Source of the DNA: an uncultured Bacilli bacterium
GTDB lineage: Bacteria > Bacillota_I > Bacilli_A > RF39 > UBA660
Length of the DNA stretch: 64,000 nucleotides
Assembly: GCA_934130235.1 (NCBI GenBank)
Contig: CAKOXU010000001.1
Span: 8,794-72,793, forward strand
Reading direction: 5' to 3'
A model generated the notes under the pieces. That model worked only from the letters and a program-made list of their open reading frames with translations, was not told where the DNA came from and did not search any database. Shown in pieces: positions 1 to 8,585 of the stretch (position 1 is the stretch's first letter; each line of letters starts with the position of its first letter). The translations under genes and the position numbers were made by a program.

Positions 1-2
1 GA

Positions 3-247
3 AATCCCTCTACCGGATATGAATGGAAGTGTTATGATCCCAATAATATTGTAAACATAGAAGAAAAATATAGTCCAGCACAAAAAATTGGAAGTGGTGG
101 AATATATACATTCACACTAAAAGGAAATATTAGTGGTAGAACAACAATAACATGCACATATAAAAGAAACTGGGAAGATACCGATAGTGATATTGAAAAA
201 ACATATAATGTCGAGGTAAATAAATATCTAAAAGCTACAATTAAATA
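3..247 (+). CDS. Chagasin-family (I42) cysteine-peptidase inhibitor, 3' fragment; the 5' end lies outside the window
   Basis: Frame-3 translation gives NPSTGYEWKCYDPNN...TFTLKGNISGRTTITCTYKRNWED, and NPxTGYxW is the chagasin/ICP signature. The stop codon is at 245-247. Confidence 0.55.
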
Positions 248-444
248 AAGAAAAGAACCTTTATAAAAAAAATTATTGAATATTTGAAAATAACAACAAG
301 AAATTATTTTTAAAAACAATTAGTATATATAGTATAAATGTAAAAATTATGTAAATTATAAAAAAAAGAAGTATTAATTTAAAAATACATCTTTTTTTTA
401 TCTATAAACAATGATATATTTGTGTTATAAGTAAGGAGGTATAT

Positions 445-780
445 ATGCCACTAATAAATAAAAAGAAACTAGAAAGTGATAAAAGAATAAGTATGAAGGC
501 ACAAATGCGTTCTATTGCTAAACTTATGCAAAAAAAATACAATAACTCAGCACAAGACTTTATAACAGATAATCCTAATATAGACCTTTTCTATAAAAAT
601 AATAACCTTGATAATGTAAAAAATCATTTTACAAAACTAGATAATCAAGACTATATTAATAATTTGAAAGAAATTGCTGCTATATTTAATAAAATGAATA
701 CACAAAGTCAGAATATAATAAATAATGAGCCAGTTAAGCAAAAAGTATATAGTTTGGGAGGATTGAATAAATATGAATAA
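445..780 (+). CDS. Hypothetical small N/K-rich protein
   Basis: AGGAGG RBS at 434-439. No recognisable motifs. Confidence 0.4.
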   Translation: MPLINKKKLESDKRISMKAQMRSIAKLMQKKYNNSAQDFITDNPNIDLFYKNNNLDNVKNHFTKLDNQDYINNLKEIAAIFNKMNTQSQNIINNEPVKQKVYSLGGLNKYE

Positions 781-1036
781 CGATATGAAATTTGACCCAA
801 ATACCGGTAAACCTATAGCAAACCAAGGTCAAACAGTGAATACACAAACATTACAATTCGTTCCAAATGTAGAACAAAATAATACACAATTTATAGATAA
901 TATAGAAAAAGCTAATAAAGTAGATGACAACAAAAATAAGGAGAAAAAATCATCAACAATTTTAATAATATTTGTATTCATATTACTTATGGCTGCTATA
1001 CTATTTTTATTTCCTTATATATCAAAAAATCTTTAG
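773..1036 (+). CDS. Hypothetical small protein with a C-terminal transmembrane tail anchor
   Basis: GGAGG RBS. The start overlaps the upstream ORF by 8 nt. C-terminal hydrophobic helix ILIIFVFILLMAAILFLF. Confidence 0.4.
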   Translation: MNNDMKFDPNTGKPIANQGQTVNTQTLQFVPNVEQNNTQFIDNIEKANKVDDNKNKEKKSSTILIIFVFILLMAAILFLFPYISKNL

Positions 1037-1681
1037 TTAAACTAGAGATTTTTTATTTTTCTTCTTAATCAAATAGTATGCTCCCGATCCAGTTGCAATT
1101 AAGAACACTACTGTTCCAACTATATCCTCAGGTTCTTCATTTTCGTTCTGATCGCGTTTAGATTTTGTATCATTTTTAAATACGCAAGTCCCATCATCCT
1201 TATTAGCTTTAGAATTGTAATTAATCGCTTTACTATCCATACAGCCATATACATCATAGGTACAACTACCATCATCTTTATTAGCATCTGAATCATAATT
1301 ATTTGCTTCACTATCTGTACAGCCATATATGTCATAGGTACAACTACCATCATCTTTATTAGCATCTGAATCATAATTATTTGCTTTACTATCTGTACAG
1401 CCATATATGTCATAGGTACAACTGCCATCATCTTTATTAGCTTTAGAATCATAATTATTTGCTTTACTATCTGTACAGCCATAAACAGTTTCTTGCTTAA
1501 TTGTTCTAACAGCCGGTGTACAAGTACATGTTGGACTATATGTTCCATCGTTGCAAATTTGTCTTCCATTTGAACCACAGCCAGATACTCCACCATGATG
1601 TGAACAGCATCCTCGTCCAGCTAACACATTAAATGGTAATAAAATATTTAATAAAACTAAAATAGCTAAAAATCTCTTCAT
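1037..1681 (-). CDS. Secreted, membrane-anchored Cys-rich protein with four tandem 26-aa Asp/Asn-rich repeats
   Basis: Signal peptide MKRFLAILVLLNILLPFNVLA. The mature N-terminus GRGCCSHHGGVSGCGSNGRQICNDGTYSPTCTCTP has 7 Cys and an HH pair. Four repeats of YGCTDSKANNYDSKANKDDGSCTYDI follow, then a C-terminal TM and a KKKNKK tail. GGAGG RBS. Confidence 0.6.
   Translation of the reverse strand: MKRFLAILVLLNILLPFNVLAGRGCCSHHGGVSGCGSNGRQICNDGTYSPTCTCTPAVRTIKQETVYGCTDSKANNYDSKANKDDGSCTYDIYGCTDSKANNYDSDANKDDGSCTYDIYGCTDSEANNYDSDANKDDGSCTYDVYGCMDSKAINYNSKANKDDGTCVFKNDTKSKRDQNENEEPEDIVGTVVFLIATGSGAYYLIKKKNKKSLV
1166..1477 (-). repeat. 78-bp tandem DNA repeat, 4 copies, encoding the 26-aa protein repeats
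   Basis: Near-identical 78-nt units are visible at about 1240, 1318 and 1396. Confidence 0.8.
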
Positions 1682-1803
1682 AATCCATCCTCCAAAAAAA
1701 AGCTAGCAAAAAACTCATTAAATAAGTCTATACTAGCACTTAACTATAATTATTTTAACATATTTTTTGATAAAATAAAACAAATTTTTCATATTATATA
1801 TTG

Positions 1804-1836
1804 CAAAAAAAAAGAATACATTATTTTATTGTATTC
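1804..1836 (-). terminator. Rho-independent terminator downstream of the amidase gene
   Basis: Hairpin AGAATACA-loop-TGTATTCT followed by a U-run on the minus strand. Confidence 0.6.
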
Positions 1837-1850
1837 TCATAAGTATACTA

Positions 1851-2873
1851 TTACTTAATTTTTAACACTTGACCTATACTTAATAAATCACTCTTCAAAT
1901 TATTTAATTCTCTTAATTTTGATACACTAGTATTATATTTATTTGCTATTTTCCACAAACTATCTCCACTTTTTACTGTATAAGTATTTGTACTGGAAGT
2001 TGGAATATTTAGTCTTTGACCTATAGAAAGCGCAGTTGATGTTAGATTATTTAATTTCATAATTTCATTAACACTTGTATCATAATTACGAGCTATTTTA
2101 TATAAACTGTCTCCTTTTTTAACCACATAAACATTAGTTGCTTGACTATTCTCTTGTTTAGTAGGAATCTTTAACACTTGACCTATCTTCAACATTGATG
2201 ACGTAAGTCCATTAGTATCCTTTATATCAGAAACACTAACGCCATATTTTTTAGCTATACTCCATAGGCTATCTCCACTTTTTACTGTATAGTAATTTCC
2301 TTCTGCAACTGGAACATATGTTAAATTTAAATACTCCACTATTGCTCTTACAACAGCCTCTGCATATGTCTTCCAATTATTTTTTAATTGTTCAACATCA
2401 TCACCAGTACTATCTAAAAAGCCATATTCCACTGTAATTGATTCTATATTACCTGTATCTCTCTGCATAAAATAATAGTCTTTAGCTGTATTACTTGGTA
2501 ATCTTCTTTGGTATGCTTTACGTACATTTTGACCTTCATTCTCTAATTCTTTTAAAATTAAATTTGAAAGAGTAGAGGTGTTCCTAAGTGCATATATCAC
2601 TTCAGCACCATCGCCACCTCCTGCATTTATATGATTTGACACCAATATAACATCACTAGAATCACCAAATGCATTCTTTACCCTTTTTACTCTTTCACTA
2701 GGAGATAAGGTCTCATCAGTAGTACGTGTCATTTTGACATCCAATCCTAAATCTTTAAATCTATTATATATATACTCAGATATCTTTAATGTATATTCTT
2801 TTTCAATAATACCATTACCACTAGCGCCCGGATCTTCTCCTCCATGCCCAGCATCCACAACTATCTTAGCCAT
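1851..2873 (-). CDS. N-acetylmuramoyl-L-alanine amidase (Amidase_3) with three C-terminal LysM repeats and no signal peptide
   Basis: KIVVDAGHGGEDPGASGNG Amidase_3 motif. Three repeats of YTVKSGDSLWxIAxKY (LysM). Confidence 0.85.
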   Translation of the reverse strand: MAKIVVDAGHGGEDPGASGNGIIEKEYTLKISEYIYNRFKDLGLDVKMTRTTDETLSPSERVKRVKNAFGDSSDVILVSNHINAGGGDGAEVIYALRNTSTLSNLILKELENEGQNVRKAYQRRLPSNTAKDYYFMQRDTGNIESITVEYGFLDSTGDDVEQLKNNWKTYAEAVVRAIVEYLNLTYVPVAEGNYYTVKSGDSLWSIAKKYGVSVSDIKDTNGLTSSMLKIGQVLKIPTKQENSQATNVYVVKKGDSLYKIARNYDTSVNEIMKLNNLTSTALSIGQRLNIPTSSTNTYTVKSGDSLWKIANKYNTSVSKLRELNNLKSDLLSIGQVLKIK

Positions 2874-2933
2874 ATATTATCACCACACTTATCACCTACT
2901 GTAGTATATGATTAACACATATAAATGTGATTA

Positions 2934-2956
2934 CAAAAAAAGGAGCAAAGCTCCTT
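2934..2956 (-). terminator. Rho-independent terminator after hsp20
   Basis: AGGAGC-AAA-GCTCCT hairpin plus a U-run on the minus strand. It overlaps the stop codon. Confidence 0.6.
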
Positions 2957-3368
2957 ATTCTTCAATTTCAATATACTTTTTTTCTGGTAATTTTTCTTCT
3001 TTGACTTTAGGTACTTCCAATGTTAATATACCCTTCTTAAAAGTGGCCTTTACACTATCGGCATCTACATTATCTCCTACATAAAAACTACGTGAGCACT
3101 CGCCAAAATATCTTTCGCGTCTTACATATTTTTCATCTTCTTTATCATTTTTTTCTTCTTCTGCTTTAGCGCTTATAGTTAAATAACCATCAGTTATATC
3201 AATTTTAATATTATCTTTATCAAATCCTGGTAAATCAATATCAATTATATAACTATCTTCCTTTTCTTTAATATCTGTTTTCATAATTTTATTATCTTCC
3301 TTATGAAAAAATGAATCATTGAACATCTCGTCAAATAAATCAAAATTACTTCTTGGTACTAACATCAT
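2955..3368 (-). CDS. Hsp20/alpha-crystallin small heat-shock protein
   Basis: Alpha-crystallin domain DLPGFDKDNIKIDITDGYLTISAKAEEE...FKKGILTLEVPK. Confidence 0.85.
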   Translation of the reverse strand: MMLVPRSNFDLFDEMFNDSFFHKEDNKIMKTDIKEKEDSYIIDIDLPGFDKDNIKIDITDGYLTISAKAEEEKNDKEDEKYVRRERYFGECSRSFYVGDNVDADSVKATFKKGILTLEVPKVKEEKLPEKKYIEIEE

Positions 3369-3461
3369 ATATATTACTTCCTTTCTTTAAGTGTTGTTGC
3401 CTATTTCAGGGTAGCACATTAATATAATTTAATACCTATAAGACTTTCATCTTACATATTA

Positions 3462-3504
3462 ATAATAGCACGTTTAATTAGCACTGTCAATAGCTGAGTG
3501 CTAA
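3462..3504 (-). promoter_or_regulatory. Perfect CIRCE (HrcA operator) overlapping the sigma-A -35 of the hsp20 promoter
   Basis: TTAGCACTC-N9-GAGTGCTAA at 3478-3504. A TTGACA inside the element, N17, then TATTAT (3462-3467), 90 nt upstream of the hsp20 start. Confidence 0.75.
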
Positions 3505-3598
3505 TTTCACAGAAATTTCACATTTTATACCGTCAAACTTTGTTTTGACTACATTAATTTCTCATTTCTTTCATGTGAAAAACAGTTTCATATCATTT

Positions 3599-4525
3599 TT
3601 ATTTATCCATAATACTTCTCCATGTACTTGGAAATCCCATTTTATCTAAAAAAGTATTTATTCCAACTGTATTTGTTTTTCCATCTAATATATCGACTTC
3701 ATAACTTATTTCATTTATAAAATCCCTAAATTCATCTGTACTCAATAAATACTTCATAATAATAACTACAGAAAAGACATCGTTTTTTCCTTTTATATAT
3801 TCATCATCAATTCTTTGTATATTTAAATATTCATGATAATAACAATCTGGTATAGATCTTTGTGTCTTATGATCATATAATATATCTTCATGAGCACATA
3901 AATTTCTATAATTAGATAATATAGATAAATATATAGATAATGTTTCTACATCTAAATTATATATGCTTGCTATATCCTGTTGATCATTATATTCAAGTAT
4001 ATTATAAAACTCTCCTATAATTCCAAAAGACAATACTTTTACTAATATCCACATAGGAATATAACCATAATTATTAATGTAGTGCATAGTAGCAGTATGC
4101 TGTTTCCCATTAATTCTAATTTGTCTTTTAACTTTGTTTAAGACATCATGAACTTGTCTTACTTTCATAGGATCATGAGAAAAGTTTTTAGGATTTAAAT
4201 AATCCTTTTCTTTAAATCCATACTTTTTTGATAATTCATACGAAAATAATGATTTAATATTATTTTCTACTATAAGTAAATTTTTAAAAAAAATATTTCT
4301 TATCTTTCTATCAAAAACAAACATAGCATATAATTCTTCAAAAGTAGTTCCATTTATAAAATCAGTTCCATTTTCCTTTAAAAACAAGTGTCTATAACCG
4401 TTAATAAAAAAGTAATTCTCTCTAAGTAATATCTCTTTAGTTTTTTCAAGATCTTTTATTACTAATCCCCTATTTTTGAAAATTTCTACCTGCTCGTCTA
4501 AATTCTTAAATACCTTTTTACTCAT
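3599..4525 (-). CDS. Abi_2 family (AbiD/AbiF-like) abortive-infection protein
   Basis: N-terminal IFKNRGLVIKDLEKTKEILLRENYFFINGYRHLF matches the Abi_2 N-terminal pattern. About 308 aa is typical for the family. Confidence 0.55.
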   Translation of the reverse strand: MSKKVFKNLDEQVEIFKNRGLVIKDLEKTKEILLRENYFFINGYRHLFLKENGTDFINGTTFEELYAMFVFDRKIRNIFFKNLLIVENNIKSLFSYELSKKYGFKEKDYLNPKNFSHDPMKVRQVHDVLNKVKRQIRINGKQHTATMHYINNYGYIPMWILVKVLSFGIIGEFYNILEYNDQQDIASIYNLDVETLSIYLSILSNYRNLCAHEDILYDHKTQRSIPDCYYHEYLNIQRIDDEYIKGKNDVFSVVIIMKYLLSTDEFRDFINEISYEVDILDGKTNTVGINTFLDKMGFPSTWRSIMDK

Positions 4526-4591
4526 AGTATCACCATAATAATTATAGCATACTTAGTAATAAATTAAAACTACATAATATTAATTTAAATT

Positions 4592-4625
4592 ATGCAATAA
4601 ATAAGTTTACTTATAAAAGTAAACT
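4592..4625 (-). terminator. Rho-independent terminator after the lipoprotein gene
   Basis: AGTTTACTT-ATAA-AAGTAAACT hairpin followed by a T-rich tract on the minus strand. Confidence 0.5.
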
Positions 4626-4630
4626 CATTT

Positions 4631-5194
4631 TTAATACTCATATATTCCCAAAAGTTTATTTTCTTCTGTCTCTGTTAAATCATCTAATTCCCATTTACCA
4701 TCTGTATTTTTGGTAAGTGAAAAGTATATTGTATATTTAACTCGATCTTTAGCATCTTTAATTTTATCTAACTTATAGTCATTGTATTTAGCTTCATCAA
4801 ATGAACCATCTGCTAATTTAAATTCATCCGCATTTGTTTGTTTATAAGCTTCTGCTTCTTTTAATACTTTAGAATAATCATTTACTTCTATTTCAGCTTC
4901 TACTGTTGCTTTATCTCCATTAACAGTTTCTTCTTTTATTTCATATGTTAAATCCTGATAATGTTTCTTTAAAGCACTTTTGTAAGTTTCTTTTTGTGTA
5001 TCAGTAAAAGTTGTCTCTAATCCTACTACAGAATCTATTTTCTCAATAACATTACTATGAAGTGTCTGATAATTACCCAAGTATTCTTCTACTCTTTTTG
5101 TAGGCGTATTTGACATATTTTTACCTAAAGAACATCCTGTTAAAACAATACTTATAACAAGCAAAGAACTAATTACTAATAATCTTTTCTTCAT
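4631..5194 (-). CDS. Lipoprotein of unknown function
   Basis: MKKRLLVISSLLVISIVLTGC lipobox signal peptide. GGGAGG RBS before the ATG at 5194. Confidence 0.6.
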   Translation of the reverse strand: MKKRLLVISSLLVISIVLTGCSLGKNMSNTPTKRVEEYLGNYQTLHSNVIEKIDSVVGLETTFTDTQKETYKSALKKHYQDLTYEIKEETVNGDKATVEAEIEVNDYSKVLKEAEAYKQTNADEFKLADGSFDEAKYNDYKLDKIKDAKDRVKYTIYFSLTKNTDGKWELDDLTETEENKLLGIYEY

Positions 5195-5234
5195 ATTTAC
5201 CTCCCACAACTATTATGGGACAATTGTACTCTGT

Positions 5235-7790
5235 TTATACACCAGTATTCATATTTTTTTTATTTAAAACTAGTTTTCTAATCCAATCAAAAGGAATAAC
5301 TGTAAACGCTACTAAAACCATTATTACAAATTGTTCTAATGTAAGACCACTTGTTCTAAATGTTGATCCTCCATAATATATAAGAATTACTTGTGTAATA
5401 AGTATAAAACTAATTACTAATATAAATACCTTATTTTTTAAAATATTAGATAGTATATTAATACGATTAGTTCGTGCATTAAAACAATTAAATATATCTA
5501 TAAATATAAAAAGTCCAAAAAATGCAGTATATAAATATTTATCTTCAATGTATATATTTTTTATTAAAGGTAATTTTAAAAATAACATGCAAAGTATAGA
5601 TGAATATATTCCTGTTAAAAAAATTTGGTTTATCATATACTTGTTTATAATGTTTTCATCTTTCTTATTAGGATATTCCCTCATATATTCTAAAAGAGGT
5701 GCCTCATAAGAGTAAGCAAGACCTGCTAATGTATCCATAACCATGTTTATCCATAGCATTTGAATGACCGTTATAGGCGTTTCTATATTTATAAAAGGTC
5801 CTATTATAGACAATGACAGTGCACATAAATTAATAGTTAATTGCAATATTACAAATTTTCTTATACTTTTAAATATTGTTCTTCCAAATAAAATAGCATT
5901 TGCAATTGATCGCAAATTATTATCAAGAATTACAATATCGGATGCTTCTTTACTTACTTCAGTACCACTACCCATTGAAAATCCTACGTCGGCTTTTTTT
6001 AATGCAGGTGCATCATTTACTCCATCTCCGGTCATTCCTACAACTAATCCTAATTCTTGGCATATTCTAACCAATCTACTTTTATCACTAGGTAAACTTC
6101 TAGAAACAATGGATAACTTAGGTAAAATGCTTTTCACTTCATCATCACTCATTGCTTTCAATTCGTCACTACTAAGAACAACATCTCCTTCATCATAAAT
6201 GCCAACTTCTTTTCCAATATTTAAAGCAGTATCACTATTGTCACCAGTAATCATAATAGTTTTAATATGAGCATTTTTAACCAATTTAACGCCTTCTTTT
6301 GCGCCATCCCTTATTGTATCTTTTATAAGCAATATTCCAACAAAAGTTAAATTATTTAAATTTTCAATATCTGGAGTATCACTAGTGCACGTAATTAGAA
6401 CTCTAATACCTTCTTTTGAATATTTTCTAATTATACTTTCAATTCTATATTTATTTATAGCTTTTTTATTACCATTACTGTCATAATAATACTTACAATT
6501 TTTAAGCAAAACCTCATAAGCACCCTTTATATAATTTATACCATCTATTCGTGCAATAGAATACTTTTTAGAACTACTAAATTCTATAAAATCTTCCTTT
6601 TTATAATTTTTTATTTCACTTGAAAAAAAGTTTAAAATTGCTCGATCTGTAGAATTACCTCCTATTACTTTATTATCCGAAAAAATACTACTATTATTCC
6701 CAATACACGATACTTTTATTAAATCAAAATACTTTTTATTTTTAAAATCTTTAATATTACTATATTCATTTAAATTGCCATCTATAATTTTAATGACATT
6801 AAGTTTTCCATTAGTAAGTGTACCTGTTTTATCTGTAAATAAAACATTTATATTTCCACTCGTTTCAATACCAGTCATTTTTCTTACTAGAACATTATTT
6901 TTCATCATTCTTTTCATATTTGAAGATAATACTAGTGTTATCATCATTGGTAATCCTTCTGGAACCGCCACTATTATTATTGTTACACATAAAGTTAACC
7001 CATATAAAATATGTCCAGTTATTGTAGGAAAATCTGTAATCATTTTTTTTATTAATAAAATATCAAAATTATTATTAATAAGAATAACTTTAAACAAATA
7101 AGAAAAAAAGACAAGAAATGCACCAATATATCCTATTTTACTTATAAAGCGAGCTAAAGAAGTAAGCCTTAATTTTAATGGACTTATTGGCGACTTTTCT
7201 TTTAACTCAAGTGCTAACGTACCATAAAAAGTATTTATACCAACACTGCTAACCTTTACTAAGGCCCGATTTGAATAAACAACTGTTCCCCTATATACAG
7301 TATCCCCTTTTTTCTTATAGGTTTCTCTTGTTTCACCATTTATACTAGACTCATCTACATACAACTCACCTTCTATCACTAAACCATCGGCCGCTATTTT
7401 ATCACCCGCTTCTAACTGTAATATATCCCCAACTACGACATCATTTATTGGAATCTCAGTAAGTTTAACATCCCTTATTACCTTACAGTTTATTTTGGCT
7501 ATTTCCTCTTGTAATTTTTTAAAAGCAGATTCTGATGCATATTCACTTATACTTGATATAAATGATGCAAGCATTATTGAAATTACTATACCAATAGTCT
7601 CATACCAGTCAAAACTTTTAAACAAAAAAACTGTTTTTATAGCGAGCGCTATCAAAAGAATCTTTATAATAGGGTCTCCAAGACTGTTTAATAAAAGTTT
7701 AAAAAAAGAATCACTTTTACCCTCTAATATTTCATTACTTCCATTATTTTTTCTACTTTCCAATACCTCTTTACTTGTTAATCCTTTCAT
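5235..7790 (-). CDS. Calcium-translocating P-type ATPase (PMCA/SERCA-like)
   Basis: DKTGTLT phosphorylation site, MITGDN motif and GDGVNDAPALKKADVG hinge. Start set at MKGL, which has a GGAGG RBS. The ORF-track start lies 15 codons upstream. Confidence 0.9.
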   Translation of the reverse strand: MKGLTSKEVLESRKNNGSNEILEGKSDSFFKLLLNSLGDPIIKILLIALAIKTVFLFKSFDWYETIGIVISIMLASFISSISEYASESAFKKLQEEIAKINCKVIRDVKLTEIPINDVVVGDILQLEAGDKIAADGLVIEGELYVDESSINGETRETYKKKGDTVYRGTVVYSNRALVKVSSVGINTFYGTLALELKEKSPISPLKLRLTSLARFISKIGYIGAFLVFFSYLFKVILINNNFDILLIKKMITDFPTITGHILYGLTLCVTIIIVAVPEGLPMMITLVLSSNMKRMMKNNVLVRKMTGIETSGNINVLFTDKTGTLTNGKLNVIKIIDGNLNEYSNIKDFKNKKYFDLIKVSCIGNNSSIFSDNKVIGGNSTDRAILNFFSSEIKNYKKEDFIEFSSSKKYSIARIDGINYIKGAYEVLLKNCKYYYDSNGNKKAINKYRIESIIRKYSKEGIRVLITCTSDTPDIENLNNLTFVGILLIKDTIRDGAKEGVKLVKNAHIKTIMITGDNSDTALNIGKEVGIYDEGDVVLSSDELKAMSDDEVKSILPKLSIVSRSLPSDKSRLVRICQELGLVVGMTGDGVNDAPALKKADVGFSMGSGTEVSKEASDIVILDNNLRSIANAILFGRTIFKSIRKFVILQLTINLCALSLSIIGPFINIETPITVIQMLWINMVMDTLAGLAYSYEAPLLEYMREYPNKKDENIINKYMINQIFLTGIYSSILCMLFLKLPLIKNIYIEDKYLYTAFFGLFIFIDIFNCFNARTNRINILSNILKNKVFILVISFILITQVILIYYGGSTFRTSGLTLEQFVIMVLVAFTVIPFDWIRKLVLNKKNMNTGV

Positions 7791-7836
7791 ATATTCCTCC
7801 ATTAAAATATATGAATATAAACAAAAAAAAGACACA

Positions 7837-8439
7837 TTACTGTGCCTTAATTTTATTTATATAACTATTAACTTTTTGAGCCCATGTAGTAGACTCTGCA
7901 TATCTAGGATTAATAGCTTCTGGAGTAGTTAAACCCTTACTAATAAAGTTATTTGATAAATTATCAATAAAAGCTTTAATACCTTCATCTAAAGATGGAA
8001 ACGCACTATAAGAACCACATCCACTACCTTTTTGGCCACCTACGTTATTACAAGTCTTAACCAAATAACTACATTCCCAATTACATCCCGTTTCATGAAG
8101 CATAATAGCAGTCGCCATATAAGGATCGACACCCTTTTCTAACGAATAAGATGCAATTAAATGACCTTTATTTGCTAACGTAGATTTTAATGACTTATTT
8201 AATTGATTTTCTAACTCAACTAAAGTCATGTCCTCATATACAATTAAATTCTCTTTAACTAATTTATTAGATTCAACATGATTATTATATAAATAATTTA
8301 TATAATTAGCAGTTGCAATCTCTTTATTATTTTCCTCTTTTACTTCTTCTACATGATTGCTTTTATAAGCAACACCAAATAATACAACATCTAATAATAC
8401 TATAAATACTATTAGAATCATTTCCAGTTTTGATTTCAC
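7837..8439 (-). CDS. Membrane-anchored glucosaminidase/lysozyme-like domain protein
   Basis: N-terminal TM. MATAIMLHETGCNW...NNVGGQKG resembles the FlgJ-type glucosaminidase domain. GTG start with an AAGAGGTG RBS. Confidence 0.5.
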   Translation of the reverse strand: MKSKLEMILIVFIVLLDVVLFGVAYKSNHVEEVKEENNKEIATANYINYLYNNHVESNKLVKENLIVYEDMTLVELENQLNKSLKSTLANKGHLIASYSLEKGVDPYMATAIMLHETGCNWECSYLVKTCNNVGGQKGSGCGSYSAFPSLDEGIKAFIDNLSNNFISKGLTTPEAINPRYAESTTWAQKVNSYINKIKAQ

Positions 8440-8468
8440 AAAAACACCTCTTTTTCGGAAACAACATT

Positions 8469-8498
8469 ATCATATCATATGTTTTAGTGTATTGTCAA
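8469..8498 (-). promoter_or_regulatory. Sigma-A promoter for the glucosaminidase / Ca-ATPase / lipoprotein operon
   Basis: Minus strand reads TTGACA, N18, then an extended -10 TGaTATGAT. Confidence 0.5.
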
Positions 8499-8585
8499 AT
8501 TGAAAAGTTATCAATATCAACTATTGTTTATTACCAATATTGGTAATATTTTATTTAAATCATTTAAATTTAAACAGCATGTAAA

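Noticed and set aside
32-319. 95-aa minus-strand ORF
   Set aside because: It is antisense to the chagasin-like coding frame, and its hydrophobic low-complexity translation is typical of AT-rich antisense frames.
1120-1596. 158-aa minus-strand ORF in an alternative frame of the tandem repeat
   Set aside because: It overlaps the signal-peptide-containing 214-aa frame, and its periodic Met/Ile-rich translation is a repeat artefact.
3527-3545. Inverted repeat GTCAAA-N6-TTTGAC between the CIRCE and the Abi gene end
   Set aside because: No flanking U-tract on either strand, so it is not a convincing terminator.
5764-7932. Three plus-strand ORFs (144, 108 and 145 aa) inside the Ca-ATPase gene
   Set aside because: They are antisense to a well-supported P-type ATPase and have no RBS.
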